A DNA stretch of 45,318 bases from Candidatus Scatousia excrementigallinarum. Its GTDB lineage: Bacteria > Cyanobacteriota > Vampirovibrionia > Gastranaerophilales > Gastranaerophilaceae. The translations under genes and the position numbers were made by a program. The notes under the pieces were generated by a model, which had not been told where the DNA came from, did no database searches, and saw only the letters and a list, made by a program, of their open reading frames with translations. The stretch spans positions 1 through 45,318 of the forward strand of contig DVIU01000135.1 in NCBI GenBank assembly GCA_018711035.1, given 5' to 3'. Each line of letters starts with the position of its first letter. The first letter of the stretch is position 1. Shown piece by piece: positions 6,559 to 15,703 of the stretch.

Positions 6559-9096
6559 ATGGATTGTTTTTTTAGAGATTACCACGAAGCCTTATTTAAA
6601 TGTAATAAGCCTTATCAGTATGTAGGCGGGGAATTCTTGTCTTTTAATAAAGATTTTGACAGTGCTAAGGTTCGGTTTGCCTTTGCATTCCCTGATAAAT
6701 ACGAAATCGGAATAAGCAACCTCGGAGTGCGCGTTCTGTATGGACTTGTAAACAACCAAAAAGATTACATGGCAGACAGGGTGTACGCCCCTGAACCTGA
6801 TTTTCAACCAAAAGAACTATACGGGCTTGAAAGTAAAAGAAAAATTAAAGATTTTGATGCAGTAGGTTTTTCACTTCAATACGAAATGGCATACCCGACA
6901 GTATTAAAAATGCTTGATATGTCTGCAATACCATACAGAAATGATGAACGCACGGATAACGATCCGATAATAATAGCAGGCGGGCCATGTGCGTTTAATC
7001 CTCTGCCGCTTGCGGATTTTATCGATGTTTTTATGATAGGGGACGGAGAAGACAGTATAATTGAAGTTTGCGAAATCCTTGACAAGACCAAAGGCCTGCC
7101 ACGTACTGAAAGGATTAAAGCTCTTTGCGAAGGCGGCAACTCCGGACGCTGGTCAAAATTTACGGACGGCACTGTAACAAAACGGATTGCGCAATTAACT
7201 TACGAAACAGCGTTAAAATCATATCCGATACCTTTTTCATCTTCGGTTCAGGATAGAGCAGTTGTGGAAATTCGCCGCGGCTGCGGAAGAATGTGCAGAT
7301 TCTGCCAGCCGGGACACGTAACCCTTCCTATCAGAGAGCGTTCTGCGGAGGATATTATTAAAATTGCAAAAGAACTTGTTAAAAATACCGGTTATGATGA
7401 ATATTCGCTTCTGTCGCTTTCTTCCAATGATTACGCGAACATAAATGAAGTTATAAAAGAACTTGCAGTTGATTTTAATAAGAAAAAAATATCGGTTTCT
7501 TTGCCAAGCCAGCGCATAGATGGCTTTAACCTTGAACTTGCAAATCTTGTACAAAGCGTAAGAAAATCAACAATGACACTTGCGCCTGAAGCAGGAAGCC
7601 AGCGTCTTAGAGATGTGATTAAGAAAAATATAACGGAAGATATGATTTTAAATGCCGTTACAACATTATACGAAAACGGCTGGTCAAGGATTAAATTCTA
7701 CTTCATCTGCGGACTTCCTACAGAAACATTGGAAGATATGGATGAAATGGCAGAACTTTTCAGAAAGATCAGACATCGCTGCCGTTTAATAAAAAAAGAA
7801 AAAGGGTTAACACACGGCATGGATTTGACCTGTACGCTTTCAATATTTGTACCGAAACCGTTTACACCGTTCCAGTGGTGCGGGCAAATGAACTTGGATA
7901 AAGTTACGGAACACATAAAATATTTAAAAGAACAAATTAAAACAATAAAAGGCGTAAAAATCAATTACCATGAAAAATACGTTTCACAAATTGAAGCAGC
8001 CCTAACACGCGGAGATGACAGCCTTTGCAAATACATAGAGGCACTATATAAAAAAGGCTGCTACCTTGATGCATGGGGAGAATATTTTGACAAAGATATC
8101 TGGTATGAAACCGCCGGCGAACTTGGAATTAACCTCGCAGAACTGGCTCAAAAAGAATACGATTTAGAAAAGCCGCTGCCGTGGGACTTTATAGACATCG
8201 GTGTCAACAAAGAATGGTTTAAAAATGAATACAAAGAAGCATTTAACGTCACGCCAGACTCTAAACATATAGTTCCTACCTGCCAGAAAAAATGTGTAAA
8301 TTGCGGTGTTTGCAAAAACCTGAAAATACATAAGGTTATGGATAAATCGTTCAAAGCCAGCCCTCAGGCTCAGGCTGCTTTAAAAATAGAAAAAGAAGAC
8401 CCTAAAACATGCAAACATTATGACAAACCTATATTCAAATACAGAATTAAACTTACAAAAACCGGAATTTTGAAATATTTTTCACATCTCGACTGGCAAA
8501 ATACTTTTTTTAAAGCAATTGCAAGAACAGATTTGAATGTTGTGTTCTCCCAGGGCTTCAACCCTACAATGAAAATTTCAATGGGAATAGCCCTCCCTCT
8601 TTTTGCAGAAAGTATAACCGAACTGGTTGATATAGAACTGTTCGATGATATTACGCCTAATGAACTTAAACTAAAGTTGGAAAAAGTTCTTCCGCCGCAG
8701 TCGCAAATACTAAGTATTGTTAAAATTGATAAATCAGCTCCGGCTATTGATATAACTGCACAATGGGCAGAATATGAAATTAATTCCTCTGATAAAAATC
8801 TTTACGATTTTGACAAATTAAAGTATAATACAGACAGAGTTTTATCTTCCGAAGAAATTTTTATCGAGAAGAAAAACAAAAAAGGTTTAATCAAAAAAAC
8901 AGACATCAAACCTGCAATTATGTCACACAGATATGAAGGTAACAGTCTGTTTATAGTACTAAAAACAGGTCAGGGAACCGGTGAAAATACCATTCCGGCA
9001 TTGAGAGCAGATGCATTAATGAATGTAATCGCGCCGGATGTAACGTTTAATATTAAACGTACACGTTTTTTTGACAGAGATTTAAGAGAATTATAA
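6559..9096 (+). CDS. B12-binding-like/radical SAM protein fused to a DUF2344-type C-terminal module
   Basis: 845-aa ORF with radical-SAM motif RRGCGRMCRFCQPG (CxxxCxxC). The C-terminal ~230 aa (KYRIKLTKTGILKYFSHLDWQNTFFKAIARTDLNVVFSQGFNP) match the radical-SAM-linked DUF2344 layout. As I recall, these are TIGR03960 fused to TIGR03936. Confidence 0.8.
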   Translation: MDCFFRDYHEALFKCNKPYQYVGGEFLSFNKDFDSAKVRFAFAFPDKYEIGISNLGVRVLYGLVNNQKDYMADRVYAPEPDFQPKELYGLESKRKIKDFDAVGFSLQYEMAYPTVLKMLDMSAIPYRNDERTDNDPIIIAGGPCAFNPLPLADFIDVFMIGDGEDSIIEVCEILDKTKGLPRTERIKALCEGGNSGRWSKFTDGTVTKRIAQLTYETALKSYPIPFSSSVQDRAVVEIRRGCGRMCRFCQPGHVTLPIRERSAEDIIKIAKELVKNTGYDEYSLLSLSSNDYANINEVIKELAVDFNKKKISVSLPSQRIDGFNLELANLVQSVRKSTMTLAPEAGSQRLRDVIKKNITEDMILNAVTTLYENGWSRIKFYFICGLPTETLEDMDEMAELFRKIRHRCRLIKKEKGLTHGMDLTCTLSIFVPKPFTPFQWCGQMNLDKVTEHIKYLKEQIKTIKGVKINYHEKYVSQIEAALTRGDDSLCKYIEALYKKGCYLDAWGEYFDKDIWYETAGELGINLAELAQKEYDLEKPLPWDFIDIGVNKEWFKNEYKEAFNVTPDSKHIVPTCQKKCVNCGVCKNLKIHKVMDKSFKASPQAQAALKIEKEDPKTCKHYDKPIFKYRIKLTKTGILKYFSHLDWQNTFFKAIARTDLNVVFSQGFNPTMKISMGIALPLFAESITELVDIELFDDITPNELKLKLEKVLPPQSQILSIVKIDKSAPAIDITAQWAEYEINSSDKNLYDFDKLKYNTDRVLSSEEIFIEKKNKKGLIKKTDIKPAIMSHRYEGNSLFIVLKTGQGTGENTIPALRADALMNVIAPDVTFNIKRTRFFDRDLREL

Positions 9097-9106
9097 GGAT
9101 TTGAAA

Positions 9107-10948
9107 ATGGCAAACAACAACAGAAATTTTAAAGAACAGCAACAGGGTAAAAAAATTGTTATTGCAGAAAGAGACAATATCGCAGCAGTTTTGGAAAACG
9201 GAAAAGTAACTGACTTTTTTATTCACAGAGGTGATGTTTTATTAGGTGACGTTTACCTTGCCACGGTAGATAATATTCTACCTAGTATAGACGCGGCATT
9301 TGTTAACGTCGGCACTGATAAAATGGGCTTTTTGCACGCTCAGGACGTTATGGGTAAAGGAACCTTAAAAGAAAAACTTAAACCAAAACAAAAATTGATT
9401 GTTCAGGTTGTAAAAGAACCTACAGGCCACAAAGGGCCTAGGGTTACAACGGAAATAAGCCTTCCGGGCAGGTTTCTTGTTCTTATGCCTTACGAACCGG
9501 GCGTAAGCGTAAGTAAAAAAATCGAAAATTCCAGAGAACGCGCAAGACTAAAAGCTATTATGAATTTAATTAAACCGGTAGGCGTCGGTGTAATCATAAG
9601 AACAGAAGCTGAAGGACAATCGGAAGCAGATATTCAGGAAGATTTGGAAATACTTCTCGAAAAATGGAACAATATTATCACTTCCGCAGAAACGCTCAAC
9701 CCTCCTAATTTGATTTACAGAGATCAGGACTTGCTATATAGAGTTATACGTGAAGCCTGCACAGAAGATGTTAAAGAAATCGTTGTTGATACGGCTTTTG
9801 CATTAAGCAGAGTTCAAAACATTCTTCAGAACTGGCATATGAATAAAAATATCGAAGTAACCCTTTATAAAGGCACAGAACCGCTATTAATCGCGTATGA
9901 TATTCATAAAGAAATTAAAGCAGCATTAAATGTTAAGGTGAATATGCCGTCGGGCGGCTATCTGTTTATACAGCAGACAGAAGCACTGACCGTCATTGAC
10001 GTTAACAGCGGTAAATTCACAAGTTCATCCACTCAAGATGAAACGATTTTGAAAACAAATATCGAAGCTGTGCATGAAATTGCACGCCAGCTCCGCCTTA
10101 GAAATATAGGCGGAATGATTATCGTTGACTTTATTGATATGATGTCCCGTGCAGATAAACTTGCAATGCTTGAAGAACTTGAAATTGCACTTGAACCGGA
10201 TAAGGCCAAACCACAGGTCGGCCAGCTTTCGGATTTAGGTCTGGTAGAACTTACCCGCCACCGTCAGGGACAGTCTTTATCTGAAATATTTACTAAAAAA
10301 TGTCCTCACTGTCAGGGCAGCGGCTGTTCGGTAATTGACTTCAATTTTGCAACTCCGACAGCAGAAGGTGAATATAGAGCGAAAGCAGCAAAATTAAAAT
10401 TACCGGTAAATAACTTCAAGAAAAACAATAATAATAAACAAAACAATAAACCTCAGGTTGAAGAAACTCCTGCCGAAATTCAGGAACAAATTCCGACTCC
10501 TGAAATTCAGGTTGAAAACCCTTCAGTCATTGCCGTTCAAGAGGTTGAAAATACAGATAAAAAACGTAAAGGCAGAAAAACACGTTTTGACAAAAAGAAA
10601 ACGGAACAGGTTGAAACACCTCTTGCTGTAACAGATGAAGTTCATACCGCAGAAACCGTTTTAAAAGTTAACGAAGAAATAAAACCGGAAATTGCAGAAG
10701 AAGTACTTGAAGCAAAATCTACAAAGACCGAAAAACCTCTGGAAGTACAGGCAGAAGCAGAACCTGTTGCAGAGCAGCCGGCTGCGACAGAGGAATCTGC
10801 GGAAACCCAATCGGCAGAACAGCCTTCTGAGGAAGAAGTAAAAGAGGAAAAACCTAAACGTACAAGAAGACCTAACAGAGGAACTTCTAAGCGTACAAGA
10901 ACAAAGAAAACTAAAAGCGAGGAAAAAGTTGAAACTGAAGAATCTTAG
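9107..10948 (+). CDS. rne: Ribonuclease E/G family endoribonuclease with a long low-complexity C-terminal tail
   Basis: S1 domain (LLGDVYLATVDNILPSIDAAFVNVGTDKMGFLH), catalytic core (ALTVIDVNSGKF, GGMIIVDFIDM) and Zn-link CPHCQGSG. About 190 aa of E/K/P/T-rich tail ends in an R/K-rich stretch. ATG 9107 (AAGGA 7 nt upstream) is preferred over TTG 9101. Confidence 0.9.
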   Translation: MANNNRNFKEQQQGKKIVIAERDNIAAVLENGKVTDFFIHRGDVLLGDVYLATVDNILPSIDAAFVNVGTDKMGFLHAQDVMGKGTLKEKLKPKQKLIVQVVKEPTGHKGPRVTTEISLPGRFLVLMPYEPGVSVSKKIENSRERARLKAIMNLIKPVGVGVIIRTEAEGQSEADIQEDLEILLEKWNNIITSAETLNPPNLIYRDQDLLYRVIREACTEDVKEIVVDTAFALSRVQNILQNWHMNKNIEVTLYKGTEPLLIAYDIHKEIKAALNVKVNMPSGGYLFIQQTEALTVIDVNSGKFTSSSTQDETILKTNIEAVHEIARQLRLRNIGGMIIVDFIDMMSRADKLAMLEELEIALEPDKAKPQVGQLSDLGLVELTRHRQGQSLSEIFTKKCPHCQGSGCSVIDFNFATPTAEGEYRAKAAKLKLPVNNFKKNNNNKQNNKPQVEETPAEIQEQIPTPEIQVENPSVIAVQEVENTDKKRKGRKTRFDKKKTEQVETPLAVTDEVHTAETVLKVNEEIKPEIAEEVLEAKSTKTEKPLEVQAEAEPVAEQPAATEESAETQSAEQPSEEEVKEEKPKRTRRPNRGTSKRTRTKKTKSEEKVETEES

Positions 10949-11276
10949 TTTAATTATTTTACTCGGTTTAATAATACTACTATCAACCCAGGCAGGTATA
11001 TGTGCAGAAGAAATAGCGCAGCATGTACCTGCTGCGGCTGAAGCGATACCGTTAAAACAAGCGGCAGGAATAACACTTACCGCAACAAAATTTATTGTTA
11101 CCATGCTGGGAGTTGTATTATCCTCCGTAATAATCTGGGCAGGTCTTTCTATTTATAACAAATTTTTTGTAAAAAGCAGTCTTAAAAACGGCGCATTACC
11201 TGAAGATACACTTAACACTCCTAAAACAATTCAAGAAGCTGTTACTTTCTTTGTAAAGAAAAACAAATTAAAATGA
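10929..11276 (+). CDS. Small secreted/membrane protein (signal peptide + one TM), 115 aa
   Basis: TTG start with GAGGA 5 nt upstream, overlapping the last 20 nt of rne. Signal peptide MKLKNLSLIILLGLIILLSTQA/GI. Second hydrophobic span FIVTMLGVVLSSVIIWAGLSIY. Confidence 0.55.
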   Translation: MKLKNLSLIILLGLIILLSTQAGICAEEIAQHVPAAAEAIPLKQAAGITLTATKFIVTMLGVVLSSVIIWAGLSIYNKFFVKSSLKNGALPEDTLNTPKTIQEAVTFFVKKNKLK

Positions 11277-11512
11277 GGATTTATATGAAAAAACTTTCTG
11301 CTAGCGGTGCAATAGGCTTATTATTAACAATGCTCATCATCGCACTGCTATTTATTTTGATGATGCCGTCTATTAAAAACACCGGCACAACAAATCTGGA
11401 AACTTCGCCTATTAAGCATGAAAGCGTTGAAGATGAAGTTAATCAAAAACTTAACGAAATCCAAAATATGCGAAATCAGTCAATTAACCAAATTCAAAAT
11501 GTTGAATACTAA
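11273..11512 (+). CDS. Small single-TM membrane protein (75-79 aa)
   Basis: ATGA overlap with the preceding stop. ATG 11285 has GAGGA 5 nt upstream and is the likelier start (MKKLSASGAIGLLLTMLIIALLFILMMP...). The C-terminal half is polar and Q/N-rich. Confidence 0.55.
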   Translation: MRIYMKKLSASGAIGLLLTMLIIALLFILMMPSIKNTGTTNLETSPIKHESVEDEVNQKLNEIQNMRNQSINQIQNVEY

Positions 11513-12453
11513 ACCTTTATTGGTGTATCAAGATTTTTAAACGCATTGTCTTCCTCAATAATTTTTATCATACTCTTTAAAATAGTATTGTAAGGAGTAG
11601 GTATACCGTGCTTTTTACCGAAATCAATTACAGTTCCTGCAAACATATCAACTTCTGTTCGTCTACCGGCCTCTACATCTTGGAGCATAGACGTTTTTCC
11701 CCATGGAATCATTGTGTGCAGATGTTCAAGAGTTTCTTCAATCATTGTATCAGTATTATGTATTCCCTCGGCTTTTGCAATGTCGCGGACTTCTTCCATT
11801 ATTTTTACGGAAAAATCCATAAAATTCTTATTTCTCAACATTTCCCCGAATGTCATCTTTAAAATTGCAGTCGGCTGGTTTGCACAAACGTTAAGCATAA
11901 ATTTAAGCCACATTGAACGTTTAATATCTTCCGGAATAGTATAATTTATGCCGATTTTGTCAAAATATTTTTTTACACGGATGACATTTTCGCTTAAATT
12001 ATTTTCAGCACCGAATACGATATTATTTACATCGTCATGTGTAATAGAATTGCCGCTTCTGACAGAGCTATGACCTATAAAATATGAGTACAACAGTTTA
12101 TCCTTTCCATACACAGCCGCAATAATATCCTCACTTGTTACACCGTTTAAAAGAGATAAAATAACCGTATCTTGTTGTACGAAGTTTTTTATATTCTTTA
12201 TAGCTTCGTCAAGCCCCGTAAACTTTGTTGCAATAATTATTAAATCAGCTTTAAAATTATTATCTTCCGGCAAAAGATAATTAAAATTTAATTGTACATC
12301 ATTAAACGTAACAGGATTTTTTAAATACTTATCTTTTCTTGCCTCATCTACAAGAACTCTGAAATTTTCAGCATCATAACGCTGAATCTTATCTGCATAA
12401 ATAGTTCCAATGGCACCAAGTCCGCATACTAATACTTTTTTAATTTCTTTCAT
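11509..12453 (-). CDS. panE: 2-dehydropantoate 2-reductase (ketopantoate reductase, ApbA/PanE family)
   Basis: Rossmann motif VLVCGLGAIGTIYA lies right after Met37 of the tracked ORF, so start ATG 12453 is preferred. The C-terminal PanE-type domain carries TSMLQDVEAGRRTEVD. Confidence 0.8.
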   Translation of the reverse strand: MKEIKKVLVCGLGAIGTIYADKIQRYDAENFRVLVDEARKDKYLKNPVTFNDVQLNFNYLLPEDNNFKADLIIIATKFTGLDEAIKNIKNFVQQDTVILSLLNGVTSEDIIAAVYGKDKLLYSYFIGHSSVRSGNSITHDDVNNIVFGAENNLSENVIRVKKYFDKIGINYTIPEDIKRSMWLKFMLNVCANQPTAILKMTFGEMLRNKNFMDFSVKIMEEVRDIAKAEGIHNTDTMIEETLEHLHTMIPWGKTSMLQDVEAGRRTEVDMFAGTVIDFGKKHGIPTPYNTILKSMIKIIEEDNAFKNLDTPIKV

Positions 12454-12618
12454 AATCTTAATTTTAACACCAAAACCTTCCCGAAAAGTAAATCTGAATA
12501 AAATTTTTATATTCAAATTTTTCTTAACATTTGTAAACAAATTGTAAATTTCAATATACAAAAAAACTTTATAAAAATATATAGGTAGTGTGTCTATAAA
12601 TTTTAGTGTGGAAAAGTA

Positions 12619-13401
12619 GTGGGAATAGAAATTTTAAAGCCGTTTAATACCGGCGGAATCAGTGCAAACAGAATAATAAATTATCCTAAACCCGCAGTAA
12701 GTTTCAACGGAACTCTTACATCGGACAGGTTTGAAAGCGATTCCGTAAACCGCTATACATCAGAATTTTATTTACGAAAAGCTATTCAATCAAACCCTAA
12801 AATTGCAAAAATCCTTGAAGAAGTAGATATTCCTGTAAAATTACACATGGAACAGCTAAATACCTTACTCCAAAACCATGCGTCAGATACAAAAAGAATT
12901 GCAATAGGAATTACGGAAAATTTGCCGTTCTCCCTACAGAATAAAGTAAATATCAAGGCGGTTTCTGATGCCGCATATCTCCACGATGTCGGAAAAGCCC
13001 TCATACCCCCTGAAATCTTAAATAAAAACGGTAAATTAGACGCCGCAGAAACCGAAATCATGCACAGACACTCGATTCTCGGCTATGAACTCTTAAAAGA
13101 CAGTAATATTGATAAAACGACTTTACATCTTATTAAAAACCATCATCAAAACGCTAAGAAAACAGGCTATCCATTCGCAGATAAAAATTTTAATGCAGAT
13201 TTGAATTTACAAATAGTCACAATGGCAGACAAATTCTCGGCTCTTACGGAAAAAAGACCCTATAAAGAAGCTATGGATACAACCCGTGCACTTACCATAA
13301 TTTACAAAGATGTAAAAGATGGGAAGCTTCATCCTTTTATTTTCAAGGCACTTGTTAATTTTGTAAATAAACAGGAGTTACAACCGCAAAAAACAATTTG
13401 A
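12619..13401 (+). CDS. HD-GYP domain protein (putative cyclic-di-GMP phosphodiesterase), no receiver domain
   Basis: AAYLHDVGKALIPPEILNK, HRHSILGYELL and HLIKNHHQNAKKTGYPF give the HD ... HH ... GYP arrangement. GTG start. Confidence 0.75.
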   Translation: MGIEILKPFNTGGISANRIINYPKPAVSFNGTLTSDRFESDSVNRYTSEFYLRKAIQSNPKIAKILEEVDIPVKLHMEQLNTLLQNHASDTKRIAIGITENLPFSLQNKVNIKAVSDAAYLHDVGKALIPPEILNKNGKLDAAETEIMHRHSILGYELLKDSNIDKTTLHLIKNHHQNAKKTGYPFADKNFNADLNLQIVTMADKFSALTEKRPYKEAMDTTRALTIIYKDVKDGKLHPFIFKALVNFVNKQELQPQKTI

Positions 13402-13488
13402 CATCCTCTAAAAAATCATTAGTTTATATGATATCAGGGTAGTAGTTTAAACTTATAATAAGGATATCAGGACAAGGGTAGAGTAATT

Positions 13489-14229
13489 ATGTTTTCAAAA
13501 ATGATACAGAATTTACTGTCTTCAAGCGGAAAGTCTGCCGCAATGCAGCGTTATGCAGCATTGAGCAATCAGGTACGCAGCATTCAGGATCAAATCTACG
13601 GACCACAGCAGCCGGTCAGCCAGAACCCAATGGATACAATATACCCCGCCGGCAAAAAAAATGTACAATCATTTGAAAACATTCTTCAATCCACTGCAAA
13701 ATCAGATTTTGGAAGCCTGCTCCTCGGGCCACAGTCTATGAATGTAAAAGCTAATCTTCTTAAAAATACGTCTGCCCAAACATTCAGTAATGCAGTTAAA
13801 GAAATTAATGCAGCACAGTCTGCTCCAAATGTTTCAAAAAGCTCAGGAACATCTAAAACCCAGATTCTCAATATGATATCAAAAGTTTGTGAAAAGCATG
13901 GAGTTGATGAAAAACTTGTTAAAGCATTAATCAAACAGGAATCGGGGTTCAACGCAAAAGCAACCTCAAAAGTCGGGGCAATGGGGCTTATGCAGCTCAT
14001 GCCGGCAACAGCAAAAGGCTTAGGTGTACAGGATGCCTATAATCCGCTTCAAAATGTTGACGGTGGCGTACGATATTTAAAATCAATGCTTAACAAATAT
14101 AACGGTAATATTATACTTGCCCTTGCAGCCTATAATGCAGGTCCCGGAGCCGTTGACAAATATGACGGAGTTCCTCCATATCCGGAAACTCAAAATTATG
14201 TAAAGAATATCCTGGCTAACTATCTGTAA
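13489..14229 (+). CDS. Lytic transglycosylase (SLT domain) protein
   Basis: SLT catalytic motif IKQESGFNAKATSKVGAMGLMQLMPATA and AAYNAGPGAV. The N-terminal ~130 aa are unassigned. Confidence 0.85.
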   Translation: MFSKMIQNLLSSSGKSAAMQRYAALSNQVRSIQDQIYGPQQPVSQNPMDTIYPAGKKNVQSFENILQSTAKSDFGSLLLGPQSMNVKANLLKNTSAQTFSNAVKEINAAQSAPNVSKSSGTSKTQILNMISKVCEKHGVDEKLVKALIKQESGFNAKATSKVGAMGLMQLMPATAKGLGVQDAYNPLQNVDGGVRYLKSMLNKYNGNIILALAAYNAGPGAVDKYDGVPPYPETQNYVKNILANYL

Positions 14230-14298
14230 CCTTTTTGCATTAATAAACAGTTTTTGATACAATAATTTTATAAATCTGTTTATTAAGGAAAGGGATAT

Positions 14299-15663
14299 AT
14301 GAAATTTTCATCATCATTTAAAGTGGGACTTTTAACTCTGATAGCTATAGTGCTGCTTTTAGGGATAGTTTTAAGAGTAAAAGGACGAGCATTGTCTTCG
14401 GCTGACAGAATTGAAATAAAATTTCAGGATGTAAACGGCATGCGTCCTGGTTCTGCTGTTCAAATGATGGGGCTTAGAGTCGGGCAGGTTGAAGAAATTA
14501 CGCCTGTAATAAATGGTGAAAATAATTATGTAAAAGTAAAGTTCGTAATAACTGAACCTGATATCGAAATCCCGCCGGCCTCTCTGTTTAGTATCCAGCA
14601 ATCCGGACTTATAGGTGAACTTTTCCTGGAAATCACTCCGCCTAAAACAAAAACTCTTTATATCCCTATGAATAATAAAGACATTTTATATAAAGACGAT
14701 ATGGTAGAAATGAAGTTAGATGATGCGTACCACGATGTAGGCGTGATTAAAAATATAGAAACCGTATCTACCGAAGCTATCCCACCGGCAGACAGAGAAA
14801 GAATAAAATCAAAATATGCCTACAAAATAGATTATATTGTTAATCTTCCCGGACTTATTCTTCCTGAATTTGTAAAAGGAAAAACAATATCACTTAAAGA
14901 TGGCTCAAAAAAACTAAGAATATCAACTCTTGATGATACTGTATTACCATTTCCTCAGCAGGATTCAAAGTATACAATAATTGAACCTATGCGTATCGCA
15001 GACTTTATGGACTGGCAGTATAAAGCCGCAGAAACTTTGACCGAAACAAATCTAAAAATAAATCAACTGCTGTCAGATCAGACTATAGCAGATTTAAAAG
15101 CAACCGTTATAAATCTAAACGATATTACTGCGCAAGCATCTACAACAGTTGAAAAAGTAAACAAACTTCTCGATGATTCACGCGGAGATATTGATGAATT
15201 AATGGCATTAATGAATCAGGCAACATCAGACTTTAATAAATTATCCGAAAATATTAATAACATCGTTGGCGACCCGCAATTTAAGCAGTCTATTTATTCT
15301 GCCTCAAATTCAGTAGAACAGCTCGCCAATAACCTGAATAAAATAATGGGTAACGAACAGGAAGCCCAGCAAATGGCATCTGATATTCGTACAATCGCTC
15401 ATAACATTAATGAAATCAGTGCATTTGTAAATTCAATGACAAAAGATACAACACTAAAACGTAAATTAACAATGACTGTAGATAATGCAAATAGTGCAAT
15501 GGCACAAATTACAACATCTCTGGCTACAGTAAATCAGGTAACACCTGAAAATAAAACACAACTACAAACATTGCTGGAAGAAACATCTGCAACAGCCTGC
15601 AATTTAAGGAAATTCTCCGAAAAATTGAACAAGCGATTCCTTCTGTTCAGATTAATGTTCTAA
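14299..15663 (+). CDS. MlaD/MCE-family protein with a long C-terminal coiled-coil
   Basis: N-terminal TM (VGLLTLIAIVLLLGIVL) followed by an MCE domain (IEIKFQDVNGMRPGSAVQMMGLRVGQVEEI). The C-terminal ~200 aa are helical and low-complexity. Confidence 0.8.
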   Translation: MKFSSSFKVGLLTLIAIVLLLGIVLRVKGRALSSADRIEIKFQDVNGMRPGSAVQMMGLRVGQVEEITPVINGENNYVKVKFVITEPDIEIPPASLFSIQQSGLIGELFLEITPPKTKTLYIPMNNKDILYKDDMVEMKLDDAYHDVGVIKNIETVSTEAIPPADRERIKSKYAYKIDYIVNLPGLILPEFVKGKTISLKDGSKKLRISTLDDTVLPFPQQDSKYTIIEPMRIADFMDWQYKAAETLTETNLKINQLLSDQTIADLKATVINLNDITAQASTTVEKVNKLLDDSRGDIDELMALMNQATSDFNKLSENINNIVGDPQFKQSIYSASNSVEQLANNLNKIMGNEQEAQQMASDIRTIAHNINEISAFVNSMTKDTTLKRKLTMTVDNANSAMAQITTSLATVNQVTPENKTQLQTLLEETSATACNLRKFSEKLNKRFLLFRLMF

Positions 15664-15703
15664 ATACTTCCGCTCAGCCGCTGCTACGGTATATATAGGA
15701 ATT

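Noticed and set aside
10661-11104. 147-aa antisense ORF opposite the RNase E/G tail
   Set aside because: It is a shadow of the repetitive E/K-rich coding region (its F/L/R/S/C-rich translation). It would also overlap the SD-supported 115-aa gene on the + strand.
11285-11380. The 79-aa protein as a type IV pilin/pseudopilin
   Set aside because: It has a hydrophobic N-terminus but no G/(F,M)-T-L-x-E prepilin cleavage motif.
12531-12548. Direct repeat TTGTAAA-N4-TTGTAAA in the panE/HD-GYP divergent region as an operator
   Set aside because: A short AT-rich heptamer is easily produced by chance in AT-rich spacer DNA, and I have no supporting context.
12454-12561. 36-codon N-terminal extension of the panE ORF
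   Set aside because: The Rossmann GxGxxG motif must sit at the very N-terminus. The extension (MYIEIYNLFTNVKKNLNIKILFRF...) looks like translated AT-rich promoter DNA.
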